Under the pieces are notes generated by a model. It ran no database searches. It was not told the origin of the DNA and saw only the letters and a list, made by a program, of their open reading frames with translations. Position numbers and translations under genes: made by a program. A DNA stretch of 58,879 nucleotides, counting the filler. It is 6 parts of 6 records of this genome, joined end to end, with 100 filler letters (N's around TTAATTAATTAA, not from the genome) between each part and the next. Parts side by side here need not be neighbours in the genome. Positions count along the whole stretch, not along the records: positions 43,583 to 50,319 come from DRR723986_4301; positions 50,420 to 58,879 come from DRR723986_4304; 4 more parts are not named here. The stretch is one strand, 5' to 3'. Every line of letters begins with the position of its first letter. Position 1 is the first letter of the stretch. Shown one piece after another: positions 47,486 to 58,879 of the stretch.

Positions 47486-47836
47486 TCAGATCTGTTCGAC
47501 CGCGACCCCGTCCTGCACGTGGAAGGCCAGATGGCCCGCGATGGCCGAGACCTCCTCGCGCGGGGTCTCATAGCTCCAAGCCGCGTTCTCGTAGGTCCGC
47601 GACTTGGACATGATCGAGAAATAGCTGGCCTCGCCCTTGTGCGGGCAGGTCGTGTGGTGGTCGGTCGCGTCCAGAAAGGCCATGCCGATATCCTCGCGCG
47701 GGAAGTAGATGACCGGCGGCAGGTCGCCCTCCACCAGTTCCAGCGCGCGGCTCGTCTCGCCCAGCACGGCGCCGCCCGCGCGCACCACCCAGGTGCCCAG
47801 GGCGGGCGTCACGGTGATCGTCTTGGTCGTCATCAT
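47486..47836 (-). CDS. DUF427 (NTP_transf_9) protein
   Basis: VIYFPREDI, TTCPHKGEASY, AAWSYETP, LAF; RBS GAGGGGAG. Confidence 0.88.
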   Translation of the reverse strand: MMTTKTITVTPALGTWVVRAGGAVLGETSRALELVEGDLPPVIYFPREDIGMAFLDATDHHTTCPHKGEASYFSIMSKSRTYENAAWSYETPREEVSAIAGHLAFHVQDGVAVEQI

Positions 47837-47896
47837 CTGTGTCTCCCCTCGTCCTTGTGACCCCCTGCATCGCACGGGGTTCGTAAAGTTTCCATG

Positions 47897-49663
47897 TCAG
47901 AGCGGCCGGCAGGCATGTGCCAGCCACTCACTTGCGGCGCCGTCGACCTGCGGTCCCACGCGGGCCAGAACCTCGGCGTGGTAGGCGTTCAGCCATTCCC
48001 GCTCCGGCGCGGTCAGCAGATCGACATCGACCAGCCGGGTGTCGATCGGGACCCATGTCAGGGTCTCGAACTCCAGCAGCGTCTTCACCGTCTGGCCGGG
48101 CAGGGTCGGGGCCTCGCGCACCGCGATCAGGTTCTCGATCCTTATGCCGAAGGCGCCCTCGCAGTAGAAGCCCGGCTCGTTGGACAGGATCATCCCCGCC
48201 TCGAGCGGCACGGTGCCGGTTCGGGCGATGCGGGCCGGGCCTTCGTGTACCGAAAGATACGCGCCGACACCATGACCCGTGCCGTGGCCGTAGTCCAGCC
48301 CCGCCCGCCACAGCGCGGCCCGCGCGAAGGGGTCGATGTCGCGCCCGGCAAGCCCCTTCGGGAAGCGCAGCCGGGACACGGCGATCATGCCCTGCAGCAC
48401 GCGGGTGAAGGCGGCGCGCTCTTCGGCGCCGGGCTGGCCGATGGCGATGGTGCGGGTGATGTCGGTGGTGCCGTCGACGTATTGCCCGCCGCTGTCCACC
48501 AGCAGAAGCTCTCCGTCGCCGGTGCGGCGGTTGGTCTTCTCGGTCACGCGGTAATGCACGATGGCGCCGTTCGGACCGGCGCCCGAGATGGTCTCGAAAG
48601 AGATGTCGCGCAGGGCGTTGGTGCCGCGCCGCTCGGCCTCGAGCCGTTTCACCACGTCGATCTCGGTCAGCGACCCCGGGGCCTGCCCGTCGAGCCACGC
48701 AAGGAAGCGCACCATGGCGGCGGCGTCGCGCAGGTGGGCGGCGCGGGTGCCGTCAAGCTCGGCCGCGTTCTTCACCGCCTTCGGCAGGAGGCAGGGGTCG
48801 GGCGCCTCGATCACCTTGGCCAGCGCCTCGGCAAGGATCACCGGGCAGGTGGCCGGGTCGATCTGCACGGGCCCCTGCAACGCTGAAAGGTCCGCGGCCA
48901 GCGCCTCTGGTGGGCGCTGGCGGACCCTGTCGCCAAGGTGGTCGCCCAGGTCCGCAAGCTTGCTGTCGGCCATGTACAGCGTCACCGTCGCATCGCCATG
49001 CAGCACGGCAAAGCCATGCGGCACCGGGTTGCGCGGGATGTCGGCGCCCCGGATGTTCAACAGCCACGCGATGCTGTCGGGCAGGGTGATCAGCGCGGCC
49101 CCGGCGTGCAGGCCGAAGGCAAGGCGCCGGATCTTGTCGTCATGCGCCTCTCCGGCCAGTTCCAGCGGCTGCACGAAGACCGGGGCGGCGGGGGCGGGCG
49201 GCTGTTCCGGCCAGATCGCGTCGACGAGGTTCTCGCAGGGCAGGAAGGTCACGCCCGTGCAGCCGTCGCGCAGCACCCGCAACTGATCCACGGTCAGAAG
49301 CCACGGGTCGAAGCCGATCCGGCCTTCGGACAGGGCCGCGCCGATCCAATCCGCCAGCGAGACCTCGGGCCAGTCGACCTTTTCGAAGTCATCCGCCACC
49401 TGCGCGCGCACCTGCACCGTATAACGCCCGTCGGCGAAGACCGCAGCGCGATCCCGCAGCACCACGCACCAGCCCGCAGAGCCCGTGAAGCCGGTCAGCC
49501 AGGCCAGCCGCGCGTCGCGGTCCGCCACGTATTCCCCCTGATGGGCGTCGGCGCGGGGCACGAGAAAGCCGTCGAGGTCCCGCGCCCCGAGTTCCGCACG
49601 CAGGGCGGCGAGTCGCGGCGGCCCCTGCTCGGGCGAGGTGCTGTCTTCGAAAGTCTGGAACAT
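47897..49663 (-). CDS. Aminopeptidase P (M24) family protein
   Basis: DAHQGEY, TGFTGSAG, DGRY, DSGGQYVDGTTDITRT, HGTGHGVG, VHEGP, SNEPG, GIRIEN. Confidence 0.94.
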   Translation of the reverse strand: MFQTFEDSTSPEQGPPRLAALRAELGARDLDGFLVPRADAHQGEYVADRDARLAWLTGFTGSAGWCVVLRDRAAVFADGRYTVQVRAQVADDFEKVDWPEVSLADWIGAALSEGRIGFDPWLLTVDQLRVLRDGCTGVTFLPCENLVDAIWPEQPPAPAAPVFVQPLELAGEAHDDKIRRLAFGLHAGAALITLPDSIAWLLNIRGADIPRNPVPHGFAVLHGDATVTLYMADSKLADLGDHLGDRVRQRPPEALAADLSALQGPVQIDPATCPVILAEALAKVIEAPDPCLLPKAVKNAAELDGTRAAHLRDAAAMVRFLAWLDGQAPGSLTEIDVVKRLEAERRGTNALRDISFETISGAGPNGAIVHYRVTEKTNRRTGDGELLLVDSGGQYVDGTTDITRTIAIGQPGAEERAAFTRVLQGMIAVSRLRFPKGLAGRDIDPFARAALWRAGLDYGHGTGHGVGAYLSVHEGPARIARTGTVPLEAGMILSNEPGFYCEGAFGIRIENLIAVREAPTLPGQTVKTLLEFETLTWVPIDTRLVDVDLLTAPEREWLNAYHAEVLARVGPQVDGAASEWLAHACRPL

Positions 49664-49964
49664 GGGTCACTCCTTTGCGCGCAGACTATCCGCAGGCGCC
49701 GGGGTGGCAAGGCCCGCGCGGGTGGGCGTGGCGGAAAGCCTCGTCGGGCGGCGATGTGTCAGGACGGGTGCGGCAGCCACCTCCGCGCCCGTGGCGGTCC
49801 GGGCGGTGGAGCGTGGCAGCGTCCTCAGCTGCACCCGCCGAGCGCAGGGGCAACCCGTGGGACGGGCCCGACGACGGGACGCGCGGGCTTCGGGGCAGCC
49901 TGCGAGGCCCCCCGATCGGCGCGCCCTTGGGCGAGGGCCGCGATGCGGGCCCGCCGCGCCAGTC

Positions 49965-50319
49965 TCAGGCAGAGCGTTTCATCCCCATCACCCGCGCGCG
50001 CTTGCGCGGGTCGGCGTCGAACAGGCCGGCCAGTTGCTCTGTCATGGCACCGGCCAGTTGCTCCACGTCGGTGATCGTCACGGCGCGGTCGTAGTAGCGG
50101 GTCACGTCATGGCCGATGCCGATGGCCAGAAGCTCCACCTGTTTGCGCTTCTCGACCATGGCGATGACGTCGCGCAGGTGTTTTTCGAGGTAGTTGGCCG
50201 GGTTCACCGAAAGCGTCGAATCGTCCACCGGCGCCCCGTCCGAGATCACCATCAGGATCTTGCGCGCCTCGGACCGGCCCACCATGCGGCGGTGCGCCCA
50301 TTCCAGCGCCTCGCCGTCG
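49965..50319 (-). CDS. cobT: Cobaltochelatase subunit CobT, C-terminal vWA fragment
   Basis: [44 protein letters not shown]. Confidence 0.92.
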
Positions 50320-50419
50320 NNNNNNNNNNNNNNNNNNNNNNNNNNNNNNNNNNNNNNNNNNNNTTAATTAATTAANNNNNNNNNNNNNNNNNNNNNNNNN
50401 NNNNNNNNNNNNNNNNNNN
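50320..50419. other. Artificial contig spacer
   Basis: N-run + TTAATTAATTAA (50364-50375) + N-run. Confidence 0.97.
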
Positions 50420-50451
50420 CCGGTCGCCCCGCGCCAGCGGGGCGAAACCGC

Positions 50452-51324
50452 TCAGACCGCGATGTTGTCGATCAGGCGCACGCCCGCCAGCCATGCGGCG
50501 GCCAGAAGCCGCGCCTCGCGCGCAGGGGTTTCCAGCAGGGAGAGGTCGTCGCAGGCGCGCAGGTCGATGTATTCCACCTCGGAAAAGCCCGCCGATAGCA
50601 GCCGCGCCCGCGCCACCGCGCCCAGCTCCGACGCCTGCCCCCCGGCGCGCAGCCCCTCGGCCATCTCCTGCAGCGCCGCATGCAGCGCCGGGGCCTTGAT
50701 CCGCGCCCGGTCCGACAGCAGCAGGTTACGCGAGGACATGGCCGTGCCGTCCTCTTCCCGGATCGTCGGACAGCCCGTCACCTCGACCTCCAGGTCGAGA
50801 TCGCGGACCAGCCGCCGGATCACCTGCAATTGCTGGAAATCCTTCTCGCCAAAGAAGGCCCGGTCGGCCCGGGTCTGGGTGAAGAGCTTCGTCACGACCG
50901 TCGCCACCCCGTCGAAATGCCCGGGGCGATGCGCGCCGCACAGCACATCCGTCAGCCCCGCGACAGAGACGCCGGTGCAGAACCCCTCGGGGTAGATCTC
51001 GGAGACCGGCGGCGCATAGATCGCATCGACCTGGCAGCGCGCCAGCTTTTCGGCATCCGCCTCTTCGGTGCGGGGATAGCTGTCAAGGTCGGAGGGGTTG
51101 TTGAACTGCGCGGGGTTCACGAAGATCGTCACGATCACCCGGTCACAGGAAGCCTCTGCCGCGCGGACAAGGCTCAGGTGCCCCTCGTGCAGCGCGCCCA
51201 TGGTCGGCACGACGCCCAGGACCTCTCCGGCCGCCTGCCAGAGCCCCACGGCCTCGCGCAAGGCCGCCTTGGTCCGCAGGATCGGCGGCAGACCCTGCGC
51301 CAGCGGCTGTGCCTGCGCCGTCAT
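50452..51324 (-). CDS. panC: Pantoate-beta-alanine ligase
   Basis: [46 protein letters not shown]. Confidence 0.95.
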   Translation of the reverse strand: MTAQAQPLAQGLPPILRTKAALREAVGLWQAAGEVLGVVPTMGALHEGHLSLVRAAEASCDRVIVTIFVNPAQFNNPSDLDSYPRTEEADAEKLARCQVDAIYAPPVSEIYPEGFCTGVSVAGLTDVLCGAHRPGHFDGVATVVTKLFTQTRADRAFFGEKDFQQLQVIRRLVRDLDLEVEVTGCPTIREEDGTAMSSRNLLLSDRARIKAPALHAALQEMAEGLRAGGQASELGAVARARLLSAGFSEVEYIDLRACDDLSLLETPAREARLLAAAWLAGVRLIDNIAV

Positions 51325-52154
51325 GCCCTGCCCTCCGGCGCCTTCTCCGAGAACAAATGTTCCGGGCCGGGAAACTCCCGCGCGCGGACCGCCGCCGCGT
51401 AGTCGGCAATCGCCGCCTCGGCCTGCTCGCCCAGCGTGGCGAAGCGTTTCACGAACTTGGCCTTGAAGGCGGTGAACAGCCCCAGCATGTCGTCGACCAC
51501 GAGGATCTGCCCGTCGCAGCCCGCCGAGGCGCCGATGCCGATGGTGGGGATCGCGACCTCTGCGGTGATCCGGTCGGCCAGCGCCTCGGGCACCTTTTCC
51601 AGCACCACGGCGAAGGCCCCCGCCTGCGCCACCGCACGCGCGTCGGCCATCATGCGCTCCGCATCCTCGCCCCGCCCCTGCACCTTGTAGCCCCCCAGCG
51701 TGTGGATCGCCTGCGGGGTCAGTCCGATATGCGCCATGACCGGCACGCCGCGCTGCGTCAGAAAGGCGATGGTCTCGGCCATATGCACCCCGCCCTCCAG
51801 CTTCACCGCACCGGCGCCGGTCTCTTGCATCAGCCGCGCGGCGTTGCGGAAGGCCTGCTGCGGGCTTTCCTCGTAGGCGCCGAAGGGCAGGTCCACGACC
51901 ATCATCGCGCGGCTCAGCCCCCGGCGCACCGCCTGCCCGTGCAGGATCATCATCTCCATCGTCACATCGAGGGTCGAGGACAGCCCGTGCAGCACCATGC
52001 CGACGCTGTCGCCCACCAGCACGAAGTCGACATGGGCATCCATGAATTGGGCCATCGGCGTCGTGTAGGCCGTCAGGCTGACGATGGGCGCGCCGCCCTT
52101 CCGGTTCAGGATGTCCACCGGCATCGGGACCGTCTTCCACGCCGTCGCACTCAT
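51321..52154 (-). CDS. panB: 3-methyl-2-oxobutanoate hydroxymethyltransferase
   Basis: LTAY, LVGDSVG, DLPF, VKLEGG, HIGLTPQ, DGQILV; RBS GGAGGAGG. Confidence 0.95.
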   Translation of the reverse strand: MSATAWKTVPMPVDILNRKGGAPIVSLTAYTTPMAQFMDAHVDFVLVGDSVGMVLHGLSSTLDVTMEMMILHGQAVRRGLSRAMMVVDLPFGAYEESPQQAFRNAARLMQETGAGAVKLEGGVHMAETIAFLTQRGVPVMAHIGLTPQAIHTLGGYKVQGRGEDAERMMADARAVAQAGAFAVVLEKVPEALADRITAEVAIPTIGIGASAGCDGQILVVDDMLGLFTAFKAKFVKRFATLGEQAEAAIADYAAAVRAREFPGPEHLFSEKAPEGRA

Positions 52155-52301
52155 TGCCGCCTCCTCCGCGCAATAATGTTGCGCGGGGATAGCAGATGCT
52201 GCGGCGCGGCGCCAGTGGGCGTTTCGGGGCGGTTTTCCCCGCACCTTGAAGCGGGCCGGGAAACCGGCGACAGTCGAACGGACCGCAACAGGAGTCCCGC
52301 C

Positions 52302-53771
52302 ATGTCCCTCCGTGCCGCCCTTGCCGCGCTGGCCCTCGCCGCCTCGACCGCCAGCGCCCAGCAGACCGATCTGACCATCGCCCTCCAGCTGGAGCCACCG
52401 CATCTCGACCCGACCTCCGCCGCGGCGGGGGCCATCGATTCGGTGCTTTATGCCAATGTCTTCGAGGGGCTTACCCGCTTCACAGAAACCGGAGAGGTCG
52501 TGCCCGCTCTGGCGAAAAGCTGGGAGATTTCCGAGGACGGCCTGACCTATACCTTCACCCTGCAAGAGGGCGTGACCTTCCACGACGGCACGGAGTTCGA
52601 CGCCGAGGACGTGGTCTTCACCCTCGACCGCGCCCGCGCCGAGGACAGCACCAACGCGCAAAAGGCGCTCTATGAAGGCATCGACAGCGTCACGGCGACC
52701 GGCCCCGACACGGTGGCGATCACGCTGAAGGCCCCGGACGGCGCGCTGCTGTTCAACCTCGCATGGGGCGACGCGGTGATGGTCGCGCCCGAAAGCATCG
52801 ACGGCATCAAGCAGACGCCCGTCGGCACCGGCCCCTTCCAGTTCCGCGACTGGGTGCAGGGCGACAGCATCACGCTGGTCTCATACGAGGGCTACTGGGG
52901 CGAGAAACCGGCGCTGACCGAGGCGACGTTCAAGTTCATCTCGGACCCGACGGCGGCCTTCGCGGCGATGATGGCGCAGGACATCGACGCCTTCGCGGGC
53001 TTCCCCGCCCCCGAGAACATCCCGCAGTTTCAGGCCGATCCGCGCTTTCAGGTGCTGCTGGGATCGACCGAAGGCGAGACGATCCTTGCCATGAACAATG
53101 CCCGCGCGCCGCTGGACGATCCCAAGGTGCGCAAGGCCATCGCCCATGCCATCGACCGTCAGGCGATCATCGACGGCGCCATGTTCGGCCTCGGCACGCC
53201 CATCGGCACGCATTTCGCCCCGCACAACCCGGATTACGTCGATCTGACGGCAGGGTCCGCCTACGATCCCGAAGAGGCGAAGCGCCTGCTGGCCGAGGCC
53301 GGTATCGCCGAGGGTCTGTCCCTGACGCTGAAGCTTCCGCCGCCCTCCTACGCCCGCCGGGGCGGTGAGATCGTCGCGGCCCAGTTGCGGCAGGTCGGCA
53401 TAGAGACGCAGATCACCAATGTCGAATGGGCGCAGTGGCTGGAAGAGGTGTTTCGCGGCAAGGACTTCGACCTGACCATCGTCAGCCACACGGAGCCGAT
53501 GGACATCAACATCTACGCCCGCGAGGATTACTACTTCGGCTATGCCCGCCCCGAGTTCCGGCAGATCATGGCAGACCTTGCCGCCACGGCGGATACGGGC
53601 GAACGCTCTGCCCTTCTGAAGCAGGCGCAGGAGATGATCGCCGGGGATCACGTCAACGCCTACCTGTTCCAGCTTGGCTTTCCGACGGTGGCGGACGCGC
53701 GGCTGCAGGGGCTCTGGCAGAACCAGCCCACGCAGGCGACGGATCTGACCGGGGTCAGCTGGGCTGAGTGA
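52302..53771 (+). CDS. Peptide/nickel ABC transporter substrate-binding protein (SBP family 5)
   Basis: Signal peptide, [19 protein letters not shown]...[20 protein letters not shown]. Confidence 0.92.
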   Translation: MSLRAALAALALAASTASAQQTDLTIALQLEPPHLDPTSAAAGAIDSVLYANVFEGLTRFTETGEVVPALAKSWEISEDGLTYTFTLQEGVTFHDGTEFDAEDVVFTLDRARAEDSTNAQKALYEGIDSVTATGPDTVAITLKAPDGALLFNLAWGDAVMVAPESIDGIKQTPVGTGPFQFRDWVQGDSITLVSYEGYWGEKPALTEATFKFISDPTAAFAAMMAQDIDAFAGFPAPENIPQFQADPRFQVLLGSTEGETILAMNNARAPLDDPKVRKAIAHAIDRQAIIDGAMFGLGTPIGTHFAPHNPDYVDLTAGSAYDPEEAKRLLAEAGIAEGLSLTLKLPPPSYARRGGEIVAAQLRQVGIETQITNVEWAQWLEEVFRGKDFDLTIVSHTEPMDINIYAREDYYFGYARPEFRQIMADLAATADTGERSALLKQAQEMIAGDHVNAYLFQLGFPTVADARLQGLWQNQPTQATDLTGVSWAE

Positions 53772-53953
53772 GCGCCGCGCCCGCCGCCGCGCGCCCTGCC
53801 GGGGGCGCGGTGGATCCGCGCTGGACTGCGACCGCCTGAGTCTTGCACGCGGCCCCGGTCCCGGGACCGTCGACCACCACCGCCGGGCGCCTGCCCGTGA
53901 CAACGGCGCGCGGCTGTGGTTCAAGCGGGGCCGGAACGCCTGAACGGGACACC

Positions 53954-54891
<938 letters not shown>

Positions 54892-54895
<4 letters not shown>

Positions 54896-55707
54896 ACCGC
54901 CCCCTGACCCTTGGCGCCGCGATCACGGCGCTGTTCCTTGCGGCCACGGCGCTGTCCTTCCTCTGGACACCGGGGGATGTCACGACCCTGTCCATCCCGG
55001 ATCGGTTGCAACCGCCCTCCGCCGCGCATTGGCTGGGGACCGACCACTTCGGCCGGGACATCCTGTCGATGCTGATGGTGGGCGGCCGCACGACCATCGC
55101 CGTGGCGCTGGTGGCGGTGGGCATCGGCATGGGCCTTGGCGTGCCGCTGGGACTGACCGCCGCCGCCCGGACGGGCGGCTGGCTGGACGAGGTCATCTCG
55201 CGCTCCGCCGATCTGGTCTTTGCCTTCCCCAGCCTCGTGATCGCCATCCTGATCACCGCCACCTTCGGGCCCGGCGCCGTCAACGCGGTCATCGCCATCG
55301 GCATCTTCAACGTGCCGGTCTTTGCCCGGCTGACGCGCGGCCCCGCACTTGGCCTCTGGCAGCGCGATTTCGTCAAGGCGGCCCGGCTGGCCGGCAAGGG
55401 AGACGCGCGGATCGGGGCAGAGCACATCCTGCCCAACCTCACCAACCTGCTGATCGTGCAGGGCACCATCCAGTTCTCGCTTGGCATCCTTGCCGAGGCG
55501 GGGCTGTCCTACGTGGGCCTTGGCGCCCAGCCGCCGGTGCCAAGCTGGGGGCGGATGCTTGCGGATGCGCAGACGCTGGTCTCGCTGGCGCCGCATGTGG
55601 CCATCGTGCCCGGCCTGACGATCATGGCGATGGTGCTTGGCCTCAACCTGTTGGGGGACGGGCTGCGCGACGCGCTCGACCCCCGGATCCGGGCGCTTCG
55701 GGCATGA
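54892..55707 (+). CDS. Peptide ABC transporter permease (DppC-like)
   Basis: HWLGTDHFGRD, HILPN, PSWGRML, GDGLRDALDPR. Confidence 0.92.
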
Positions 55708-57266
55708 CGCTGCTGGCGATCGAGGGGCTGACCCTGCGCTTTGGCGAGATGGCGGCGGTGGACGGGGTGTCCCTCTCGCTGGCAGCCGGGGACGTGCTGG
55801 CCCTGACCGGGGAAAGCGGTTCCGGCAAGAGCCTGACGGCGCTGGCGGTCATGGGCCTCTTGCCCGAAGCGGCCAGCAGCGGCGGCTCCATCCGGCTGGA
55901 GGGTCGCGAGCTGCACAGCCTTCCCGATCGCGAGATGCGCGCCCTGCGCGGCGCCGAAATCGGCATGATCTTCCAAGAGCCCATGACGGCGCTGAACCCG
56001 GTGCAGACCATCGGCGCGCAGATCGAAGAGGTGCTGCGCCTGCCCCGCCCCGGCCTGATGCCCCCGTCGCGGGCAGAGGCGCGGACCCGGGTCGCGGAAT
56101 TGCTGGAACGGGTGGGGCTGGCAACCGTGCCCGCCTCGCGCTACCCGCACGAACTGTCCGGCGGGCAAAGACAGCGCGTGGTCATCGCCATGGCCATCGC
56201 GAACCGCCCGCGCCTGTTGATCGCGGACGAACCGACGACGGCCCTCGATGTCACCACGCAGGCGCAGATCCTCGACCTTCTGCGCAGCCTGACCCGGGCC
56301 GAGGGCATGGCGCTCTTGATGATCACGCACGACCTTGCCGTGGTCGCTGGGATGGCGGACCGGATCGCCGTGATGCAGGCCGGTCGCGTCGTCGAAGAGG
56401 GCCCGGCGGGGACCGTGCTGCACGCCCCCCGTCACGCCTATACGCAGGCGCTGCTCGAAGCCTCCGGGCATCGTCCCGGCTTGCCGCCGCCACGCCTCGG
56501 GGCGCCTTTTCTGCGGCTGGAGTCCGTCTCTTGCCACTACCGCCTTCCGCGCCCGCATCCGCTGGCGCGGCCCCCGGTCTTCGAGGCGGTCCGCGATGTG
56601 TCGCTGACCCTGCACGCGGGCGAGTGCGTCGGTCTTGTGGGGGAATCCGGGTGCGGCAAGTCCACGCTGGCCCGGGCGATCCTCGGGCTGGAGCCGGTCT
56701 CGCAGGGGCGCATCACGCTGGCCGACGGAGATCCGAACCGGCATCGGCGCATTCAGGCGGTGTTCCAGGACCCCTACGGATCGTTCAACCCGCGCCACCG
56801 GGTTGCGCGGCTGATCGCGGAACCCTTTCACCTTCGCAGACACCCGCCCCGGGGGGCTGAGCGACACGAAGCGCTGGCCGAAGCCCTGCGCGCGGTCGGT
56901 CTTTCGCCAGAGATGCTGGACCGACACATCCACGCCTTTTCCGGCGGGCAGCGCCAACGCCTTGCCATCGCGCGGGCTCTGATGATCCGGCCAGAGATGA
57001 TCGTCTTCGACGAGGCGGTCTCTGCGCTGGATGTGCGGGTGCGGGCGCAGATCCTCGACCTTCTGGCCGCTCTGGCGCGGGAAACGGGGCTGGGATGGCT
57101 CTTCATCAGCCACGATCTGTCGGTGGTGCGCGGGATCTGCGACCGGGTTCTGGTGATGCAGGCGGGCCGCATCGTCGAGGATGGCCCGACCGAAGAGGTC
57201 CTCTCCGCGCCGCGCCACGCCTACACCCGCGCGCTTCTGGCCGCCTCACCCCGTCTGCCCGGTTGA
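55704..57266 (+). CDS. Peptide ABC transporter ATP-binding protein (fused double NBD)
   Basis: GESGSGKS/LSGGQRQR/ADEPT and GESGCGKS/FSGGQRQR/FDEAV. Confidence 0.93.
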   Translation: MTLLAIEGLTLRFGEMAAVDGVSLSLAAGDVLALTGESGSGKSLTALAVMGLLPEAASSGGSIRLEGRELHSLPDREMRALRGAEIGMIFQEPMTALNPVQTIGAQIEEVLRLPRPGLMPPSRAEARTRVAELLERVGLATVPASRYPHELSGGQRQRVVIAMAIANRPRLLIADEPTTALDVTTQAQILDLLRSLTRAEGMALLMITHDLAVVAGMADRIAVMQAGRVVEEGPAGTVLHAPRHAYTQALLEASGHRPGLPPPRLGAPFLRLESVSCHYRLPRPHPLARPPVFEAVRDVSLTLHAGECVGLVGESGCGKSTLARAILGLEPVSQGRITLADGDPNRHRRIQAVFQDPYGSFNPRHRVARLIAEPFHLRRHPPRGAERHEALAEALRAVGLSPEMLDRHIHAFSGGQRQRLAIARALMIRPEMIVFDEAVSALDVRVRAQILDLLAALARETGLGWLFISHDLSVVRGICDRVLVMQAGRIVEDGPTEEVLSAPRHAYTRALLAASPRLPG

Positions 57267-57321
57267 TTGTCGTGGGGTCCCCGGGCAATCCTTGGGCGAT
57301 ACGGCAGGGGAGAAGACCGTC

Positions 57322-58062
57322 ATGAGGCTTCGGGACAAGACAGCCATCGTCACCGGAGGGGGATCCGGCTTTGGCGCGGGGATCGCCCGCCGCTTTGCAC
57401 AGGAAGGCGCGCGCGTTCTGGTGGCCGATATCGACAGGGGCGCGGCCGAGGCGGTCGCAGCAGAGTGCGGCGGCCTTGCCTGTCATGTCGACGTGGCCGA
57501 CGGCGAGAGTGTCGCGGCCATGATCGCCCACGCCGAAGAGGCCTTTGGCGCCACCGACATCCTTGTGAACAACGCCGGGATCACACATCGCCCCGCGCCG
57601 ATGGAAGAGGTCCCGGAAGAGGACTTCGACCGGGTCTTCGCGGTCAATTGCAAGTCGGTCTACCTGACGGCCCGGTCCCTCGTTCCGCTGATGAAGGCGC
57701 GGCGCGCAGGCACGATCTTGAACATCGCCTCCACCGCGGGGGTATCGCCCCGGCCCCGGTTGAACTGGTACAACGCCAGCAAGGGCTGGATGAACACCGC
57801 AACCAAGACCATGGCCATCGAACTGGCCCCCCATGGCATTCGCGTGAATGCCCTGAACCCCGTGGCCGGGGACACACCGCTCTTGCCCAGCTTTCTGGGG
57901 GAAGACACGCCCGAGATGCGGGCCACCTTCCTCTCGACCATTCCGCTTGGACGGTTCTCGACGCCCGATGACCTCGCGAACGCGGCGCTTTACCTGTGTT
58001 CGGACGAGGCCTCCATGATCACGGGGCTTTGCATGGCGGTGGACGGCGGACGCTGCATCTGA
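57322..58062 (+). CDS. SDR family oxidoreductase
   Basis: TGGGSGFG, NNAG, IAS, WYNASK (YxxxK). Confidence 0.9.
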   Translation: MRLRDKTAIVTGGGSGFGAGIARRFAQEGARVLVADIDRGAAEAVAAECGGLACHVDVADGESVAAMIAHAEEAFGATDILVNNAGITHRPAPMEEVPEEDFDRVFAVNCKSVYLTARSLVPLMKARRAGTILNIASTAGVSPRPRLNWYNASKGWMNTATKTMAIELAPHGIRVNALNPVAGDTPLLPSFLGEDTPEMRATFLSTIPLGRFSTPDDLANAALYLCSDEASMITGLCMAVDGGRCI

Positions 58063-58082
58063 CAGCCGCAAGGAGAAGGCGC

Positions 58083-58879
58083 GTGAAACCCGGTCCCCGC
58101 AATCTGATCACGGACGTTCAAGGCTTGCGCGTGGGCAATGCCCGGGACGAGACCCTGAAATCCGGCTGCACCGTTCTGCTGGGCGATGCGCCCTTCACCG
58201 CGTCGGTGGCCGTTCACGGGGGCGCGCCCGGTACGCGCGAGACCGACCTTCTGGCCCCGGACAAGATGGCGCCGGGCGTGGACGCACTGGTTCTCTCCGG
58301 CGGAAGCGCGTTTGGGTTGGCCTCAGCGCAGGGCGTGATGGACGCCCTGCACCGGATGGGGCGCGGGTTCCCGGTGCTGTCGGCCCGGGTGCCACTTGTG
58401 CCGGCTGCCATTCTCTTCGACCTGCTGAACGGCGGGGACAAGGCCTGGGACGAGAACCCCTACCCCGCCCTGGGGCGGCAAGCGCTGGAGGCCGCGGCCG
58501 AGGTGTTTTCCCTTGGCAGCCATGGCGCCGGAACCGGGGCCCTGACCGCGATGCACAAGGGCGGGCTTGGATCGGCCAGCGCGGTGCTCGAGGATGGCAC
58601 GACGGTTGGCGCGCTGGTCGCGGTCAACCCGATCGGCAGTGTCACGACCCCGTCCGGACGGCAGTTCTGGGCCGCCCCCTTCGAGATGGACGCGGAATTC
58701 GGTGGTCTGGGCGCGGACCCATCGGGCTACGCCCCCATGCCGGCGGCGCGGAAAGTGGCGGCGATGGCAATGCAGGGGAATACGACCATCGCCGTGGTTG
58801 CCTGCGATCTGTCGCTCGACAAGGCGCAGTGTCACCGGTTGGCGGTATCTGCGCATGACGGTTTGGCGCGAGCCATTGT
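58083..58879 (+). CDS. P1/DmpA (peptidase S58) family aminopeptidase (3' cut by window end)
   Basis: Read by hand from GTG 58083: KPGPRNLITDVQGLRVG, GGAPGTRET, LSGGSAFGL, GAGTGA, GNTTIAVV, AHDGLARAI. Confidence 0.88.
   Translation, partial: MKPGPRNLITDVQGLRVGNARDETLKSGCTVLLGDAPFTASVAVHGGAPGTRETDLLAPDKMAPGVDALVLSGGSAFGLASAQGVMDALHRMGRGFPVLSARVPLVPAAILFDLLNGGDKAWDENPYPALGRQALEAAAEVFSLGSHGAGTGALTAMHKGGLGSASAVLEDGTTVGALVAVNPIGSVTTPSGRQFWAAPFEMDAEFGGLGADPSGYAPMPAARKVAAMAMQGNTTIAVVACDLSLDKAQCHRLAVSAHDGLARAI

Noticed and set aside
46967-47573. Short ORFs in the SH3-DUF427 gap
   Set aside because: Arg/Pro/Gly-rich translations with no motifs; an RNA structure explains the region better
49664-49964. 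300-bp very GC-rich gap between the aminopeptidase P gene and cobT
   Set aside because: Only short GC hairpins; no riboswitch consensus, credible ORF or repeat copy that I can support
50452-53771. Apparent N-terminally extended or fused PanC (648 aa), PanB (446 aa) and SBP (820 aa) in the ORF track
   Set aside because: Extensions are stop-free read-back into neighbouring genes; plausible starts are at 51324, 52154 and 52302

Overview
The window is not one locus. It is six contigs joined by artificial 100-nt spacers (N-run + TTAATTAATTAA + N-run) at 6843-6942, 25756-25855, 32287-32386, 43483-43582 and 50320-50419. All six look alphaproteobacterial. Base and codon style, judged by eye, suggest at least three source genomes: very GC-rich Rhodobacteraceae-like (contigs 1, 5, 6), a less GC-rich Rhodobacteraceae-like genome (contigs 2, 3) and a Hyphomicrobiales/Roseibium-like genome (contig 4). 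Most genes are housekeeping: argB-yihA-yidC, mfd-hemB, parC, recO-era-rnc-lepB-acpS-pyrE-spoT, ectC-ask, cobT, panBC and a peptide ABC transporter. Contig 2 is the accessory-rich part. The best candidate for an undescribed system is 12243-16879: a LysR-controlled, tightly linked operon of an Fe(II)/2OG hydroxylase, an HD-domain (PhnZ-fold-like) metalloenzyme and an MFS transporter, divergent from LysR and an (R)-amine-transaminase-like gene. The HD protein appears to lack the phosphonate-binding residues of PhnZ, suggesting oxidative catabolism of an unknown amine-type compound. Other highlights: a CheB-CheR-PAS fusion plus partner with no kinase output next to a photosynthesis-cluster-type dxs; a signal peptidase I paralog with catalytic Ser replaced by Asn; an orphan AapJ with altered ligand residues; a tail-anchored HeH/Rho-N-like protein; paired CueR operators; tandem FNR-type boxes upstream of a DksA/TraR-like gene; and a ~170-nt rod-shaped, 6S-like intergenic RNA candidate.
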